Made by a program: the position numbers and the translations under genes. Under the pieces are notes generated by a model, which made no database searches, had not been told where the DNA came from, and saw nothing but the letters and a program-made list of their open reading frames with translations. Below, piece by piece: positions 33,314 to 43,959 of a stretch of 64,000 nucleotides of DNA. Position 1 is the stretch's first letter. Each line of letters starts with the position of its first letter. Source of the stretch: an uncultured Chloroflexia bacterium (lineage in GTDB: Bacteria; Chloroflexota; Limnocylindria; Limnocylindrales; CSP1-4); NCBI GenBank assembly GCA_963738475.1, contig CAVTWU010000017.1:341515-405514 (forward strand), written 5' to 3'.

Positions 33314-33739
33314 GCCGCCATCCGTCGCTCGCGGTCCCGCGGCCAGGCCATGGTCGAGTTCGCCCTGGTCCTCCCGCTGTTCCTGCTCCTGCTGTTCGCG
33401 TTCATCGACGTCGGGCGGTACGTCTACTCCACCACGGCCTACGGCCAGGCGGCCCGCGAGGGCGCCCGCTGGGGATCCGTGGAGCAATGGGCCTTCGAGT
33501 GCCCGGGCGGCGTGTCGCCGCAGACCCGCCAGAACTGCACCGTCGCCGTCACGACCGGTCGAGTCCCGGCCGGCGCTCCTGCACCATCCCAGGTCACCTT
33601 CGTCTGTCCAGCCACCTGCCGAGCCGGCGACGTGTTCTCGGTCACCGTCCAGGGTCCATTCCGGTTCCTGACGCCGGTCATCGGCAACCTGCTCGGGACG
33701 CCGACCATCAGCCAGACCGCCCAGGTCGTCATCCAGTGA
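33310..33739 (+). CDS. TadE-like pilin
   Basis: GQAMVEFALVLP, AAREGAR. Confidence 0.85.
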
Positions 33740-33750
33740 GGTCCGTTCGC

Positions 33751-34827
33751 ATGCGCACATCCGCCGGTCGTCGTCGCGCCGAGGGGCAGATCCTGGCCGT
33801 GTTCGCCATCTCCGTCGTGGTGCTCATCCTCCTGACCGGCCTGGTCATCGACGGTGGCAACGTCTTCCTGCAGCGCCGCGACAGCCAGAACTCGGCGGAC
33901 CTGGGCGCGATGGCCGGGACCAAGCGACTGGCCGACTACTACGTCCTGCCGACCGGCGCGGCGGGGAAGGCGTTCACGCCGACCGACAACGTCTACACGA
34001 TCATCGCGACGCGCATGACCCAGAACGACTGCCCGACCGGCGGCGGATCGATCTGCTCGTGGAGCGCTCGATACGTCGGGCCGCGGTCGGGGTCCACCTT
34101 CGTCGACCTCGGACCGGTCACCCCGAACGACACGGCCCCTCCGGGCGCCATCAGCGGCACGAAGGCCCTGGGCGTGACCGTCAGCGTCACGAAGACCCCG
34201 GCGACCTACTTCCTGGGCGTCATCGGCCAGTCCACCTGGACGGTCAACACGGTCGCCACGGCCATCACGGGCAAGCTGCCCGGGGCCCCCGGGGGCCAGC
34301 TCCTCCCCATCGGGCTGACGGAACTGCCGACGCAGGAGGGCGCCATCTACGCGCTGACGAGCGGTTCCCTCGGCCCTGGCAACTTCGGCTGGGTGTCATG
34401 GGACGGCAGCAACAGTGCCGGCTCGCTCGCGACCAGCCTGTGCACGCCGAACAACCCGCCGTTCACGCTGCCGGCGCAGTTCCCGGGCGACCCGGGCAAG
34501 ACCAACGCCAGCGCGGTGCGCGCCTGCCTCCAGTACTGGGTGGACAACAAGCAGACGGTCCTCATCCCGATCGTCCTGAAGTCGAACGACCCCGCCGCCC
34601 CTCCGGGCTGCTCGACCGGGGGCAACGGCAACAACTTCACGTACTGCATCGTGGCGATCGCGGCGTTCGTCATCACCGGCTACGACCAGCCCGCCGTGGA
34701 TCAGATCAACGGGCGGTTCGTCGGGACCATCCCCTACTCCGTCGGCGGCAACGCCAACGTCCCGGGTCCGATCACCTCGCCGCCGGACGAGGGCAGCGTC
34801 CTGTACGCGCTGGGTCTGGCGCAGTAG
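33751..34827 (+). CDS. TadG-like (Tad domain) pilus protein
   Basis: EGQILAVFA...IDGG...QNSADLGAMAG; GNFGW motif. Confidence 0.82.
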   Translation: MRTSAGRRRAEGQILAVFAISVVVLILLTGLVIDGGNVFLQRRDSQNSADLGAMAGTKRLADYYVLPTGAAGKAFTPTDNVYTIIATRMTQNDCPTGGGSICSWSARYVGPRSGSTFVDLGPVTPNDTAPPGAISGTKALGVTVSVTKTPATYFLGVIGQSTWTVNTVATAITGKLPGAPGGQLLPIGLTELPTQEGAIYALTSGSLGPGNFGWVSWDGSNSAGSLATSLCTPNNPPFTLPAQFPGDPGKTNASAVRACLQYWVDNKQTVLIPIVLKSNDPAAPPGCSTGGNGNNFTYCIVAIAAFVITGYDQPAVDQINGRFVGTIPYSVGGNANVPGPITSPPDEGSVLYALGLAQ

Positions 34828-34882
34828 GCCAAGGGCCCGGCGCCGACCGGAACGTGGCGACAGCCCGGTCCGGCGGCCGCGA

Positions 34883-35275
34883 TCAGGCCAGCGGCGGCAG
34901 GTTCGTCCCGCCCGAGGCGGCTTCGGCCGTCTGGACGGCCCGGAGCCGCCACGGGACCACGCCTTCGAGCTCGATCTCGAGCGAGAAGCTGAGGAACGTT
35001 CGCACCAGCACGATGACGCCCAGCGCGAAGGCGCTCTCGATCGTCTGGTCGATGGCGACCGTCAGCACGATGTCGGCGACGATAAGCACCTCGAGGCCGA
35101 GCAGGATCGTCCGGCCGACGTTCGCGCGCAGGTCCTTGTAGGCCCTCGCTCGATCCTCGGTCCGGAGGTCGCGGGCGTAGTTGACGAGTGCCATCGCAGA
35201 CCCCACGACGAGGATCCCGACGCCGAGCACCTCGAACCCGGTGACGACGAGTTCGAGCATCTCCTGGAGGGTCAA
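34883..35275 (-). CDS. DUF1622 membrane protein
   Basis: GRTILLGLEVLIVADIV...VRTFLSFSLEIELEG..PW. Confidence 0.85.
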   Translation of the reverse strand: MTLQEMLELVVTGFEVLGVGILVVGSAMALVNYARDLRTEDRARAYKDLRANVGRTILLGLEVLIVADIVLTVAIDQTIESAFALGVIVLVRTFLSFSLEIELEGVVPWRLRAVQTAEAASGGTNLPPLA

Positions 35276-35330
35276 CGGTCGATCGCTCCGCTACGTCCGC
35301 GCATCGTACGTCCCGGCGAGGCGCCTGCGT

Positions 35331-35359
35331 TTGACAGGCCCGGCGGGCGCTCGGACACT
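35331..35359 (+). promoter_or_regulatory. Sigma70 promoter of sodN
   Basis: TTGACA-N17-GACACT, then AAGGAG SD before ATG 35414. Confidence 0.5.
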
Positions 35360-35413
35360 TGGGGCCGACCGAGGTGGGGACCTGCCCGACCCGCTGAGCC
35401 TCGAAGGAGTGCC

Positions 35414-35827
35414 ATGTCTCGCCTGACTCGTTTCCTCGCCCCGACGACCGTCGCCCGTGCCCACTGCGACATCCCGTGCGGCATCTACGACCCGCACGAG
35501 GCCGAGATCGCGGCCCAGACCGTCGCCAAGATGGTCGAGCTCATCAACGGGCTGGACGGCAACGACACCGCGACGCGCAACAAGTTCAGCCGCTGCGTCC
35601 GGGTCAAGGAAGACCACGCCGAGAAGGTCAAGCACGAAGTCCAGGTCATCTGGAGCGACTACTTCAAGCCGGAGCACCTCGAGGCGCACCCCGACCTGCA
35701 CGACAAGGTCTGGAAGCTGCTCAAGCTCGCGGGCAAGAACAAGCAGAACGTCGATGCGGAGGCCGCCGCCCAGCTCCAGGCCGCGGTCAAGGAGTTCAGC
35801 GAGATCTTCTGGTCGACCAAGAAGTAG
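35414..35827 (+). CDS. sodN: Nickel superoxide dismutase
   Basis: Leader followed by the Ni-hook HCDIPCGIYDP; WSDYFKP. Confidence 0.95.
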   Translation: MSRLTRFLAPTTVARAHCDIPCGIYDPHEAEIAAQTVAKMVELINGLDGNDTATRNKFSRCVRVKEDHAEKVKHEVQVIWSDYFKPEHLEAHPDLHDKVWKLLKLAGKNKQNVDAEAAAQLQAAVKEFSEIFWSTKK

Positions 35828-35849
35828 CCGACGCCGTTCGCGGCGCGTC

Positions 35850-36304
35850 ATGACACCCTCGAAGCCCCGTCGGTCGGCGGGGCTTCGTCGCGTCCGAGGG
35901 CCGTGGCGGATCGCCGTCGCGGAGGCGAGCATGCTGCCGTCGATCGCGGCCGGCGACTGGCTGCTCGTGGACCCGACGACGACGCGCTGGCCGCGTCGCG
36001 GCACGGTCGTCGTCTTCCACGAACCGGACGGCGGCGCGCTCTCGGTCAAGCGGGTCGCCGCGGGACCGGGCGACCGCGTGCCGTTCGCGGACGGCATCCT
36101 GGAACTGGCCGAGGACGAGGCGTGGCTGCTCAGCGACGCGACGGACGAGGAGGCCGCCGCCGAAGGCTTCGGCGAGCCGATCGACTCACGGCGCTACGGC
36201 CCGGTGCCGGTCGAGCTGCTCGTCGCCCGGGCGTGGTTCCGCTACGGACCCGTGGCGCAAGATCGGGCGGATCCCCGGACCGCGGCTCACGACCGCACCG
36301 ATGA
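35850..36304 (+). CDS. sodX: Ni-SOD maturation protease (S26 family); 3' end approximate
   Basis: SMLP, VKRV and DSRRYGPV motifs; directly follows sodN. Confidence 0.8.
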
Positions 36305-36728
36305 GCCGGCGCCGACGCGCTGGTCATCCTGGCCATGGTCTTCGGCGTCGCGCTGCTCCTGTTCGGCGTGTGGCGGCTGTACGCCGCTCTGGCCCGGACC
36401 CGCCTTGCCCGCGGGCGCGACGCGGCTGCACATCGAGACGGCGACGCCTGACCTGTTGCCGTCCTTCGGCTGTCCGGCGGCGCTGCTCGGCCCGATCCGT
36501 GGTCACGACCGCCGGCGACGAGATGGTGTTCATCTCGGACCCCCGTCGGGCGAGCCCGTCCGGATCGTCTGGCCGAGCGGCTGGGCGGCCTGGCGCGAGG
36601 ACGGACGAGGCGTCCTGCGCGATCGAGATGGCGCGTTCATCGCCTACGAGGGCGACACGATCCACGACCGGTTCGGCGGCGGCGTCGGACTCGATGACGC
36701 CTTCCACGTGTGCGTCATCGGCGGCTGA
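36301..36728 (+). CDS. Hypothetical secreted/membrane protein (frameshifted)
   Basis: N-terminal TM helix, GCPAALL...VWPSGW...HVC. Confidence 0.5.
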
Positions 36729-36760
36729 GCGCCGCCCGAGCGTCGAGCCAGCGCGCAGCG

Positions 36761-37648
36761 TCAGGCGCTGAGCGTCAACCCCGCGGCGAGGCAGTCCTCG
36801 GCGAAGGCCGCCTGGGCCTCCTCGGTCGGGGTCCAGCGGGTCGGGAAGCAGATGATCCGGTCCAACCCGATGGCGGCGAACCGCGCCAGCAGGTCGACTC
36901 GTCCCTGCCCGGCCTCGCGGAAGTCCTCGTCCCGGGCGTACAGGGAGAAGCGAAGGGTGGCCGGATCGCGGCCCTCCGTCTCGCAGCGCGCGCGAACCTC
37001 GACCATCCGCTCGGCGATCTCGTCCGGACCGAGGAAGACGTAGTTCAGTTCATCCGCGTAGCGGATCGCATAGCCGGCCGTCACGCGCGGCCCGTTCCCA
37101 CCCACGATGATCGGGATGCGCGGCGACTGGAGGCCCTTCGGGACGTTGTACGCCCCGCGAACGTGCGCGTACTCGCCCTCGAACGACGCCCGACCCGGCT
37201 CGAACATGGCCGTGATGACCGCGAGGTGGTCGCCGAGCGCGGCCATCCGCTCACCGATCGTCGGGAAGCCGTAGCCGTACGCCCGCCACTCGTCTTCCTT
37301 CCAGCCGGCGCCGATCCCGAGCTCGAAGCGTCCGCCGCTGATGACGTCGATCGTGCTCGACATCTTCGCGGTGAGGGCCGGGTTCCGGAATCCGGTGCAG
37401 ACGACCATGTGGCCGAGACGGACCCGGTCGGTCTCGCTCGCGAGGGCGGCCAGGACCGAGAACGACTCGAAGGTGATCTCCTCGGTCGGACGGGGCACGG
37501 TGTGGAAGTGATCGAAGACCCACAGCGACTCGAAGCCGAGCGCCTCGGCCTGCCGCGCGAGCTCGACCGTACGCGTCCAGGCGTCGGCCGCGGCCCAGCC
37601 GTCGTACTCGCCCTTCCATCCCTGTGGCGCCATCAACCCGACCTGCAT
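36761..37648 (-). CDS. LLM-class (probably F420-dependent) oxidoreductase, TIGR03560-like
   Basis: WVFDHFH, RNPALTAKM and GRFELGIGAGW motifs. Confidence 0.88.
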   Translation of the reverse strand: MQVGLMAPQGWKGEYDGWAAADAWTRTVELARQAEALGFESLWVFDHFHTVPRPTEEITFESFSVLAALASETDRVRLGHMVVCTGFRNPALTAKMSSTIDVISGGRFELGIGAGWKEDEWRAYGYGFPTIGERMAALGDHLAVITAMFEPGRASFEGEYAHVRGAYNVPKGLQSPRIPIIVGGNGPRVTAGYAIRYADELNYVFLGPDEIAERMVEVRARCETEGRDPATLRFSLYARDEDFREAGQGRVDLLARFAAIGLDRIICFPTRWTPTEEAQAAFAEDCLAAGLTLSA

Positions 37649-37742
37649 CCCGTACCTCCAGCGTGGTGTGTGCGCGCCAGATGGTGACGGTTCGCGCGAA
37701 ACGGCGCTGCGGACGGGCCGGGCGCCCGCCTATGCTCGGTCG

Positions 37743-38950
37743 ATGACGAACGCCACGCCCCCCTTCGACCCGCTCGCTCCCCTGCCCGGCCCGCCCGACC
37801 CGTGGGCCTACACGGACCAGCCGAGCCTGCGGTCAGGACCGCCGTACCACATGACCGAGATGATCGCGGCCGAACCGGCGATCGCCCGGCGCATCCTGGC
37901 CCGGCACGTCGAGGCCGGTGGCCCGGCGGCGGCGCTCGCTGACGCGGTGCGCGCGGCGGCCGTGGCGGGTTCGCCGATCGTCGTGACCGGCTGCGGCACC
38001 TCGGAGCATGCGGCGCTCGGGGTCGCCGAGATCCTGCGGGAAGCGGGTTCGGCGGCAGGCCTGGCCGGGCGGCGGCGCCGTCGCCGCACAGGCCTTCGAG
38101 CTGGCCCAGGATCCGCCGTCGTCCGGCCTCGTGATCGGCGTCTCGCACGAGGGCGGGACCGGGCGCCACGAATGCGGCCCTGGCGGCGGCGCGGGCGGCC
38201 GGGGCACGCACGGCGCTGCTGACCGTCAGTTCGCGCTCGCCCGGAGCAGCCTTCGCCGAGCCGGGCCTCGTCGTGGAGACCGACGAGCTGGACCAGAGCT
38301 GGTGCCACACGGTCGGCTACGTGAGCCCGATGCTCGCCGCGGCGGCGGTCGGGGCGCACCTGTCGGGTCGGACGCTGGACATCGAGGCGGTCGTCGCGCT
38401 CCTGGCGGCCGGCACGCAGGATGAAGCGGGCGCCGACCGGATCGCCGGCCACCTGGCGGATGCGGCGCACCTGCTGGTCGTGGCGTCCGGGGCGGATCGG
38501 ACCGCCGGCCGCGAACTCGTGCTCAAGGTCGAGGAGGCGTCCTGGCTGCCGTCGGCGTTCCGCGACCTGGAGACGTTCCTGCACGGCCATCTGCCGGCCA
38601 CGGGTCGCGAGACCGGGCTCGTCCTGATCCTCACGGACCGAGCGGGCCGCGCGGAGCGGCTCGTCCGGAGCCGTCAGGCGTTGGCCGCCGCCCGGGCGAT
38701 CGGGATCCGGGCCGCCGCGATCATCGCGGCCGACCTGGACGGGGAGCTGGAGCCCAGCCTGACGCCGGCCGGTCGCCTGCTCGTGCCGGACGCGCCCGGG
38801 CTGCCGTCGCCGGTCGCGTCGCTGTTCGGGTCCGCGACACCGCTCCAGCTCATGACGGAACGACTGGCCCGGGCCCGCGGCACGAACCCGGACCCGATCC
38901 GCCGCGACGACCCGACCTACCTGGCCGCCGCCGACGCCGCGGAGGGCTGA
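37743..38950 (+). CDS. Double SIS-domain sugar-phosphate isomerase-like protein (frameshifted)
   Basis: GCGTSEHA, SHEGGT, LKVEE, HGH and NPD motifs. Confidence 0.8.
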
Positions 38951-39052
38951 GTTCGGGCAACGCCGCGGACGGCTGAGTTCGGGGTAACGCGCGCCGAACG
39001 CCTGGTCCAAGCCTCTCCCCCGCCTCGGCCAGCCGGGTCTTCACGCGGATCT

Positions 39053-39218
39053 CCGGCATCCGACTACCAGCGGGCGTTCGTCAGGACGGCACGTCCGACC
39101 GGGCACACGGCTGAGCGTGATCAGACCCGGTCTAAGCCCGGATTCTCGGCATCAGCCCGTGTGGTGAGCATCTGCCGGTGGATCCCTGACGAGCGCCCGC
39201 CTGAGGTGAATGTGCCGA
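39053..39218. ncRNA. Candidate structured ncRNA (long rod-shaped hairpin, 6S-like)
   Basis: Nested complementary segments GCGGGCGTTCGTCAGG/CCTGACGAGCGCCCGC, CGGCA/TGCCG, CACACGGCTGA/TCAGCCCGTGTG and CCGG/CCGG inside a 326-bp gap between convergent genes. Confidence 0.45.
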
Positions 39219-39276
39219 AACGGGCCGGGTCGGGCCGGACGATGGGCCGACTGCGACACCAGCGCCGCTCCCTGCC

Positions 39277-40258
39277 CTAGACCTGGCCGATCAGGGCCTC
39301 GCCCATCAGGTCCACCATGTCGAGGTCGTGCGGCAGGAAGTCCTGGAGCATGAGCCGATCGACGCCGGCATCGGCGAACCGGCGGACCATCGCGCGAGCC
39401 TCGTCCGGCGTGCCGATGATCCAGCGATCGCGCCGCTCCTCCAGCCACTCGTCGCCCGACGTCTCCTCGCCGAAGGCCCGCAGCAGGGCCGTCTCGCGCG
39501 CCCGGACCTCGTCGGCATCCCGCCCGATGAGCGTCCCGACCATCGCGGAGCGAGCCATCGTGGCCGGATCGCGGCCGATCGCGAGGCACGCCGCATCCAG
39601 CGCCGCATAGACCTCGGCCGCGGCAGCCGGACCCTTCGAACTCGTGTTGAACTCATCACCCCAGCGCGCGGCGAGGCGCAGGCTACGAGGCGACCCTCCG
39701 CCACCCAGCAGGATCCTCGGCCGGGCCACGCCGGACGGCATCACGGGCCGGCCCGGCACCTGGACCGGCTTCGGGTGGAAGACCGCGGACTCGACCGTCG
39801 CGCTGGGTCCGGCATAGGACCAGCCATCCGGCTCGCCCCATAGCCCGTGGAGGATCGCCAGCTGCTCCTCCAGCAGGTCGGCCCGATCCTTGATCGGCGG
39901 GAATGGCAGCCCGAGCTGGCGATGCTCCTCCTCGTTCCAGCCGGCGCCGACCCCCACCTCGACGCGACCGCCACTCATCTCGTCGGCCGTCGTGACGACC
40001 TTGGCGAACGTGCCCGGGGCGGCGGAAGGTCACGGGCGACACGAGCACGCCCAGGCCGATCCGGTCCGTGTCGCGCGCAAGACCGGCGATGACCGTCCAC
40101 GCGTCGGTCGTCGGCAGCCCGGCCTCACCGGGAAAGCTGGCGTAGTGGTCGGATCGGAAGAAGGCCTCGAAGCCGTTGGCCTCGGCGCGCTTGGCGAGGG
40201 CGACCTGGTCGCCGTAGGACAGCCCCTGCTGGGCCTCGATCATGAGCACGAATCGCAT
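39277..40258 (-). CDS. LLM-class (probably F420-dependent) oxidoreductase (frameshifted)
   Basis: FFRSDHY, TDAW, SPVTFR and GRVEVGVGAGW motifs. Confidence 0.88.
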
Positions 40259-40275
40259 CGAGTTGACCTTTCATG

Positions 40276-40325
40276 TTGACACGATGGTTCGGGTACATAT
40301 GATAGTTCGCGTGACACGTACTATC
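40276..40325 (+). promoter_or_regulatory. marR promoter and palindromic operator
   Basis: TTGACA-N16-TATGAT, 7 nt before GTG; inverted repeat GATAGT...ACTATC spans the start codon. Confidence 0.65.
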
Positions 40326-40823
40326 GAACCGGCACGGACCGACGCCGATCCACGCACGGACACCATCCTGGCCGACTTCCGCGCCACGATGACCGAGCTC
40401 AAGTGCGTCGGCAGCGAGCGACTGCTCCGCCATGGCATCAGCATGACCCAGCTGCACATCCTGCACATGCTGGAGCGGCACGGCCAGATGCCGATGAGTC
40501 GGCTCGCCGACGTCCTCGATGTCTCCGTCTCCAACGCGACCGGCCTGGTCGATCGCATGGAGGAGCGCGGTCTCGTCGCACGGACCCGGGTCCCGGAGGA
40601 CCGCCGGGTCGTCCTCGTCGAGATCAGTCCGGCCGGCGTCTCGATGCTCGGCGATGCCGAGTCCCTCCGCGACGACATGATGCGGCGCGTCCTCGCCCGC
40701 ATCGACCCTACCCACATGGCGGACATCGCCTGTGCGATGGCGGACCTCCGGACCGCCGTCGAAGCCGAAGTCACGGACCCCGAGTCCACCATCCACGCGC
40801 ACCAGCACACACGAAGGGACTGA
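40311..40823 (+). CDS. MarR-family regulator
   Basis: SNATGLVDRMEERGLV...DRRVV. Confidence 0.9.
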   Translation: MTRTIEPARTDADPRTDTILADFRATMTELKCVGSERLLRHGISMTQLHILHMLERHGQMPMSRLADVLDVSVSNATGLVDRMEERGLVARTRVPEDRRVVLVEISPAGVSMLGDAESLRDDMMRRVLARIDPTHMADIACAMADLRTAVEAEVTDPESTIHAHQHTRRD

Positions 40824-40831
40824 CCAGACCG

Positions 40832-42551
40832 ATGGAAGCCTTTCCGGCAGACGCCGGCGACTACACCCCCTCCCTCGAGGAGGATCCCGCGCTCGGCCTG
40901 AGCCACCGCGCGAAGATGGAGATCCTCTTCGCGGTCATGCTCGGCCTCTTCCTCGGCGCGCTCGACCAGACGATCGTCGGTCCGGCACTCCCCACGATCG
41001 TCACCCAGCTGTCCGGCAACGACTACTACGTCTGGGCGATCACCATCTACCTGCTCACCAGCACGATCAGCGTCCCGTTCTGGGGCAAGGCGTCCGACAT
41101 CTACGGCCGCAAGCCGATCTACATGCTCGGCATCGTCGTCTTCCTGGTCGGCTCGGCGCTGTCCGGCCTGAGCCAGAACATGGGGATGCTCATCCTCTTC
41201 CGAGGCATCCAGGGCATCGGCGCCGGCGCCCTGTTCCCGGTCGCGCTGGCCATCATCGGCGACCTGTTCACCCCCAAGGAGCGCGGCAAGTACCAGGGCC
41301 TCTTCGGGGCCGTGTTCGGCATCGCCTTCGTCGTCGGCCCGCTGGTCGGTGGGTTCCTCACCGAGAACTTCGGCTGGCACTGGATCTTCTACGTCAACAT
41401 CCCGATCGGGATCGTCGCGCTCGTTCGTCATCCAGCGGCTGCTGCCGACGGTCAAGAAGACGGGCGCCACGCGGAACTTCGACCTCATCGGCGGCGCGAT
41501 CTTCACGGTCGCGATCTCCTTCCTGCTCGTCGGCCTGACCAACAAGCAGTTCGGCGAGTGGAACGAACCGACCGTCGGTGGGTTCATCCTCGTCGGCCTG
41601 GTCCTGACCGGGCTGTTCCTGTTCGCGGAGTCGCGAGCGGCCGAACCGATCGTCCCGCTCGACCTGTGGCGCAACCGCACCTACTCGGCCTCGATGGTCT
41701 CGACCTTCTTCGCCGCCTTCGCGTTCTTCGGCGCGATCGTCTTCCTGCCCCGCTGGTTCCAGGTGGTCGAGGGCTTCTCCCCGACCGAACTCCGGCCTCG
41801 CGGCGCTGCCGCTGATGGTCGGCCTGATCTTCAGCTCGATCGTGTCCGGCCTCCTCGTCTCCCGGACCGGCCGCTACAAGTGGCTGCTCGTCGGTTCGAT
41901 CGTCGTGATGGGCGTCGGGACGCTGTTCATGACCCAGCTCACCAAGGACACGCCGGTGCCGGTCGTGTGGTTCTGGATGTTCCTCGTCGGCCTGGGGGTC
42001 GGACCGACCTTCTCGGTCTTCACCATCGTCATCCAGAACGCCGTGCCGTTCCGACAGCTCGGCGTGGCCACGTCGAACCTGACGTTCTTCCGCCAGATCG
42101 GCGGCACGATCGCCCTGGCGTTCGTCGGGACGATCTTCGGGACGTCGTTCCAGGAGCAGCTCGGACCGCAGATGGTCGTCGCCGGCGTCCCGCCGGACGC
42201 CATGGGCGCGTTCTTCGGCGGCGGTCCAGGCGGGCCTGCTCGACTTCAACAAGCTGACCGGTGTCGGCGACATGGGAGCGATGATCGTCGCGGCGGTGCC
42301 AACGCTTGCGCCGAGCATCGACGCCATCGTCGAGGGCATCCACGGGGCCTTCAGCCTCGCGACCGCCCAGACGTTCTGGCTCGGGGTCCTCGGGGCGACC
42401 GCAGCGGCCATCGCCGCGGTGGCCATCAAGGAGATCCCGCTCCGCAGCTCCAACGAGGCCGCCGGTCCCGACGCAGGCCGCGGCTGACGCCCCGGCCGGC
42501 GCCTCCGGCAAGGCCGAACCCGTCAGCGCGAGCACCGCGCTCGGCGACTGA
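40832..42551 (+). CDS. DHA2 (EmrB/QacA-like) MFS transporter (frameshifted)
   Basis: LDQTIV, GKASDIYGRK, WHWIFYVNIPIG and RQIGG motifs. Confidence 0.9.
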
Positions 42552-42574
42552 CGTCTGCGCGCCTCGCAACGACC

Positions 42575-42613
42575 CGAACCCCTGGTGGCCTGCCTCCGGG
42601 GGTTCGACGTTTT
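42575..42613 (+). terminator. Probable intrinsic terminator
   Basis: CGAACCCCTGG...CCGGGGGTTCG stem followed by ACGTTTT after the MFS stop. Confidence 0.55.
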
Positions 42614-42635
42614 CGCGCAGGTACCATCGAACAGC

Positions 42636-43130
42636 ATGACGACCCAGGCCGCGCCCGCTCCGTTCCCGCCCCGCCTCCAGGCGCCGGCGTGACCGACGGC
42701 GCTCCGTTCCAGGACCTGCTCGCCGTCGGCGACCTGCCGCTCGGGCACGATGCGGCGGGTCTCGCCGGGGCGACCTCGACGTGCTGCTCGCCCACACCGA
42801 GGACGGGATCTACGCGACCGAGGACCGCTGTCCGCACATGAGCGCGCCGCTGTCGGTCGGCGAGCTCGACGGCTGCATCGTCGCCTGCCCGCTCCACGAG
42901 GGCCGGTTCGACCTGCGCTCCGGCGATCCGGCCCAGATGCCGACGACCGGCGGCCTGGACCCCGACGGCGTGTACCACCCGACCTGGACCCCGGGCGGCC
43001 GGACCGACAAGCCGGACGTGCCCGGCAAGAAGGCCGAGGCTCGCCGCCTGACCCGCGTCCGACGGTTCCGCTACTTCCCGGTCCGCGTGCGAGGCGGGCC
43101 GGATCCTGGTGGCGCTGCCCGATCGACTAG
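42636..43130 (+). CDS. Rieske [2Fe-2S] ferredoxin-like protein (frameshifted)
   Basis: CPH...CPLH ligands. Confidence 0.8.
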
Positions 43131-43135
43131 CCGGA

Positions 43136-43930
43136 TCAGCGCAGCTCGTTCTCGATGTCCTCGGACGGCGGCGGCGGCGCCCCGAACGAGCGGATGAACG
43201 CCACGGCCTCGTCGGGGTCGTCCGTGATGTGGAGCAGGTCCAGGTCCGTCGGCCGAGATCGCCCCGTACGGCTGCGAGCGTCCCGCGCATCCAGTCCAGC
43301 AGGCCGGCCCAGTGCTCCGTGCCCATCGAGGACGACCGGGAAGTGGCGGACCTTGCCGGTCTGGATGAGGGTGAGCGACTCGAACAGCTCGTCCAGCGTC
43401 CCGAACCCACCCGGCAGGATGACGAACCCGTCCGCGTACTTCACGAACATCGTCTTGCGGGCGAAGAAGTAGCGGAACTCCACGCCGAGGTCCACGTACG
43501 GGTTGGACCCCTGCTCGTGCGGCAGCTCGATGTTGCACCCGACCGACAGTCCCCCACCCTCGCGGCAGCCGCGGTTGGCGGCCTCCATCGTGCCGGGGCC
43601 GCCGCCGGTGATGACCGCGTAGCCGGCCTCCGCCAGCTTCCGGCCGATCGCGCGGGCACGCTCGTAGTCCGGATGGTCGCGCGGCGTTCGCGCGGACCCG
43701 AAGACGGTCACCGCCGGTCCGAGGTGGGCCAGCGCATCGAAGCCTTCGACGAACTCCGACAGGATCCGCAGCGCTCGCCACGTGTCGGTCTCGAGGAAGT
43801 CCGGCGCCGGACGGCGCTGGAGGAGCTTCTCGTCCTCGGTCGCGGCGCCCTGGCCGTCCATCATCCGATCGGCCTTGGGCGTGACCCACAGTCGGCCCGC
43901 CCGCCGCGGTCCCGGCGTCATGTCATCCAT
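43136..43930 (-). CDS. LOG-family protein (TIGR00730-like nucleotide phosphoribohydrolase)
   Basis: FGSAR, TGGGPG, YFFARK and PGGFGTLDE motifs. Confidence 0.9.
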   Translation of the reverse strand: MDDMTPGPRRAGRLWVTPKADRMMDGQGAATEDEKLLQRRPAPDFLETDTWRALRILSEFVEGFDALAHLGPAVTVFGSARTPRDHPDYERARAIGRKLAEAGYAVITGGGPGTMEAANRGCREGGGLSVGCNIELPHEQGSNPYVDLGVEFRYFFARKTMFVKYADGFVILPGGFGTLDELFESLTLIQTGKVRHFPVVLDGHGALGRPAGLDARDARSRTGRSRPTDLDLLHITDDPDEAVAFIRSFGAPPPPSEDIENELR

Positions 43931-43959
43931 CGGGCTAGGATGCCACCCAGGAGGTGGGC

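Noticed and set aside
38850-39059. 69-aa minus-strand ORF (MPEIRVK...) next to the hairpin
   Set aside because: Overlaps the SIS gene antisense, has no SD or recognisable motif; not supportable as a gene
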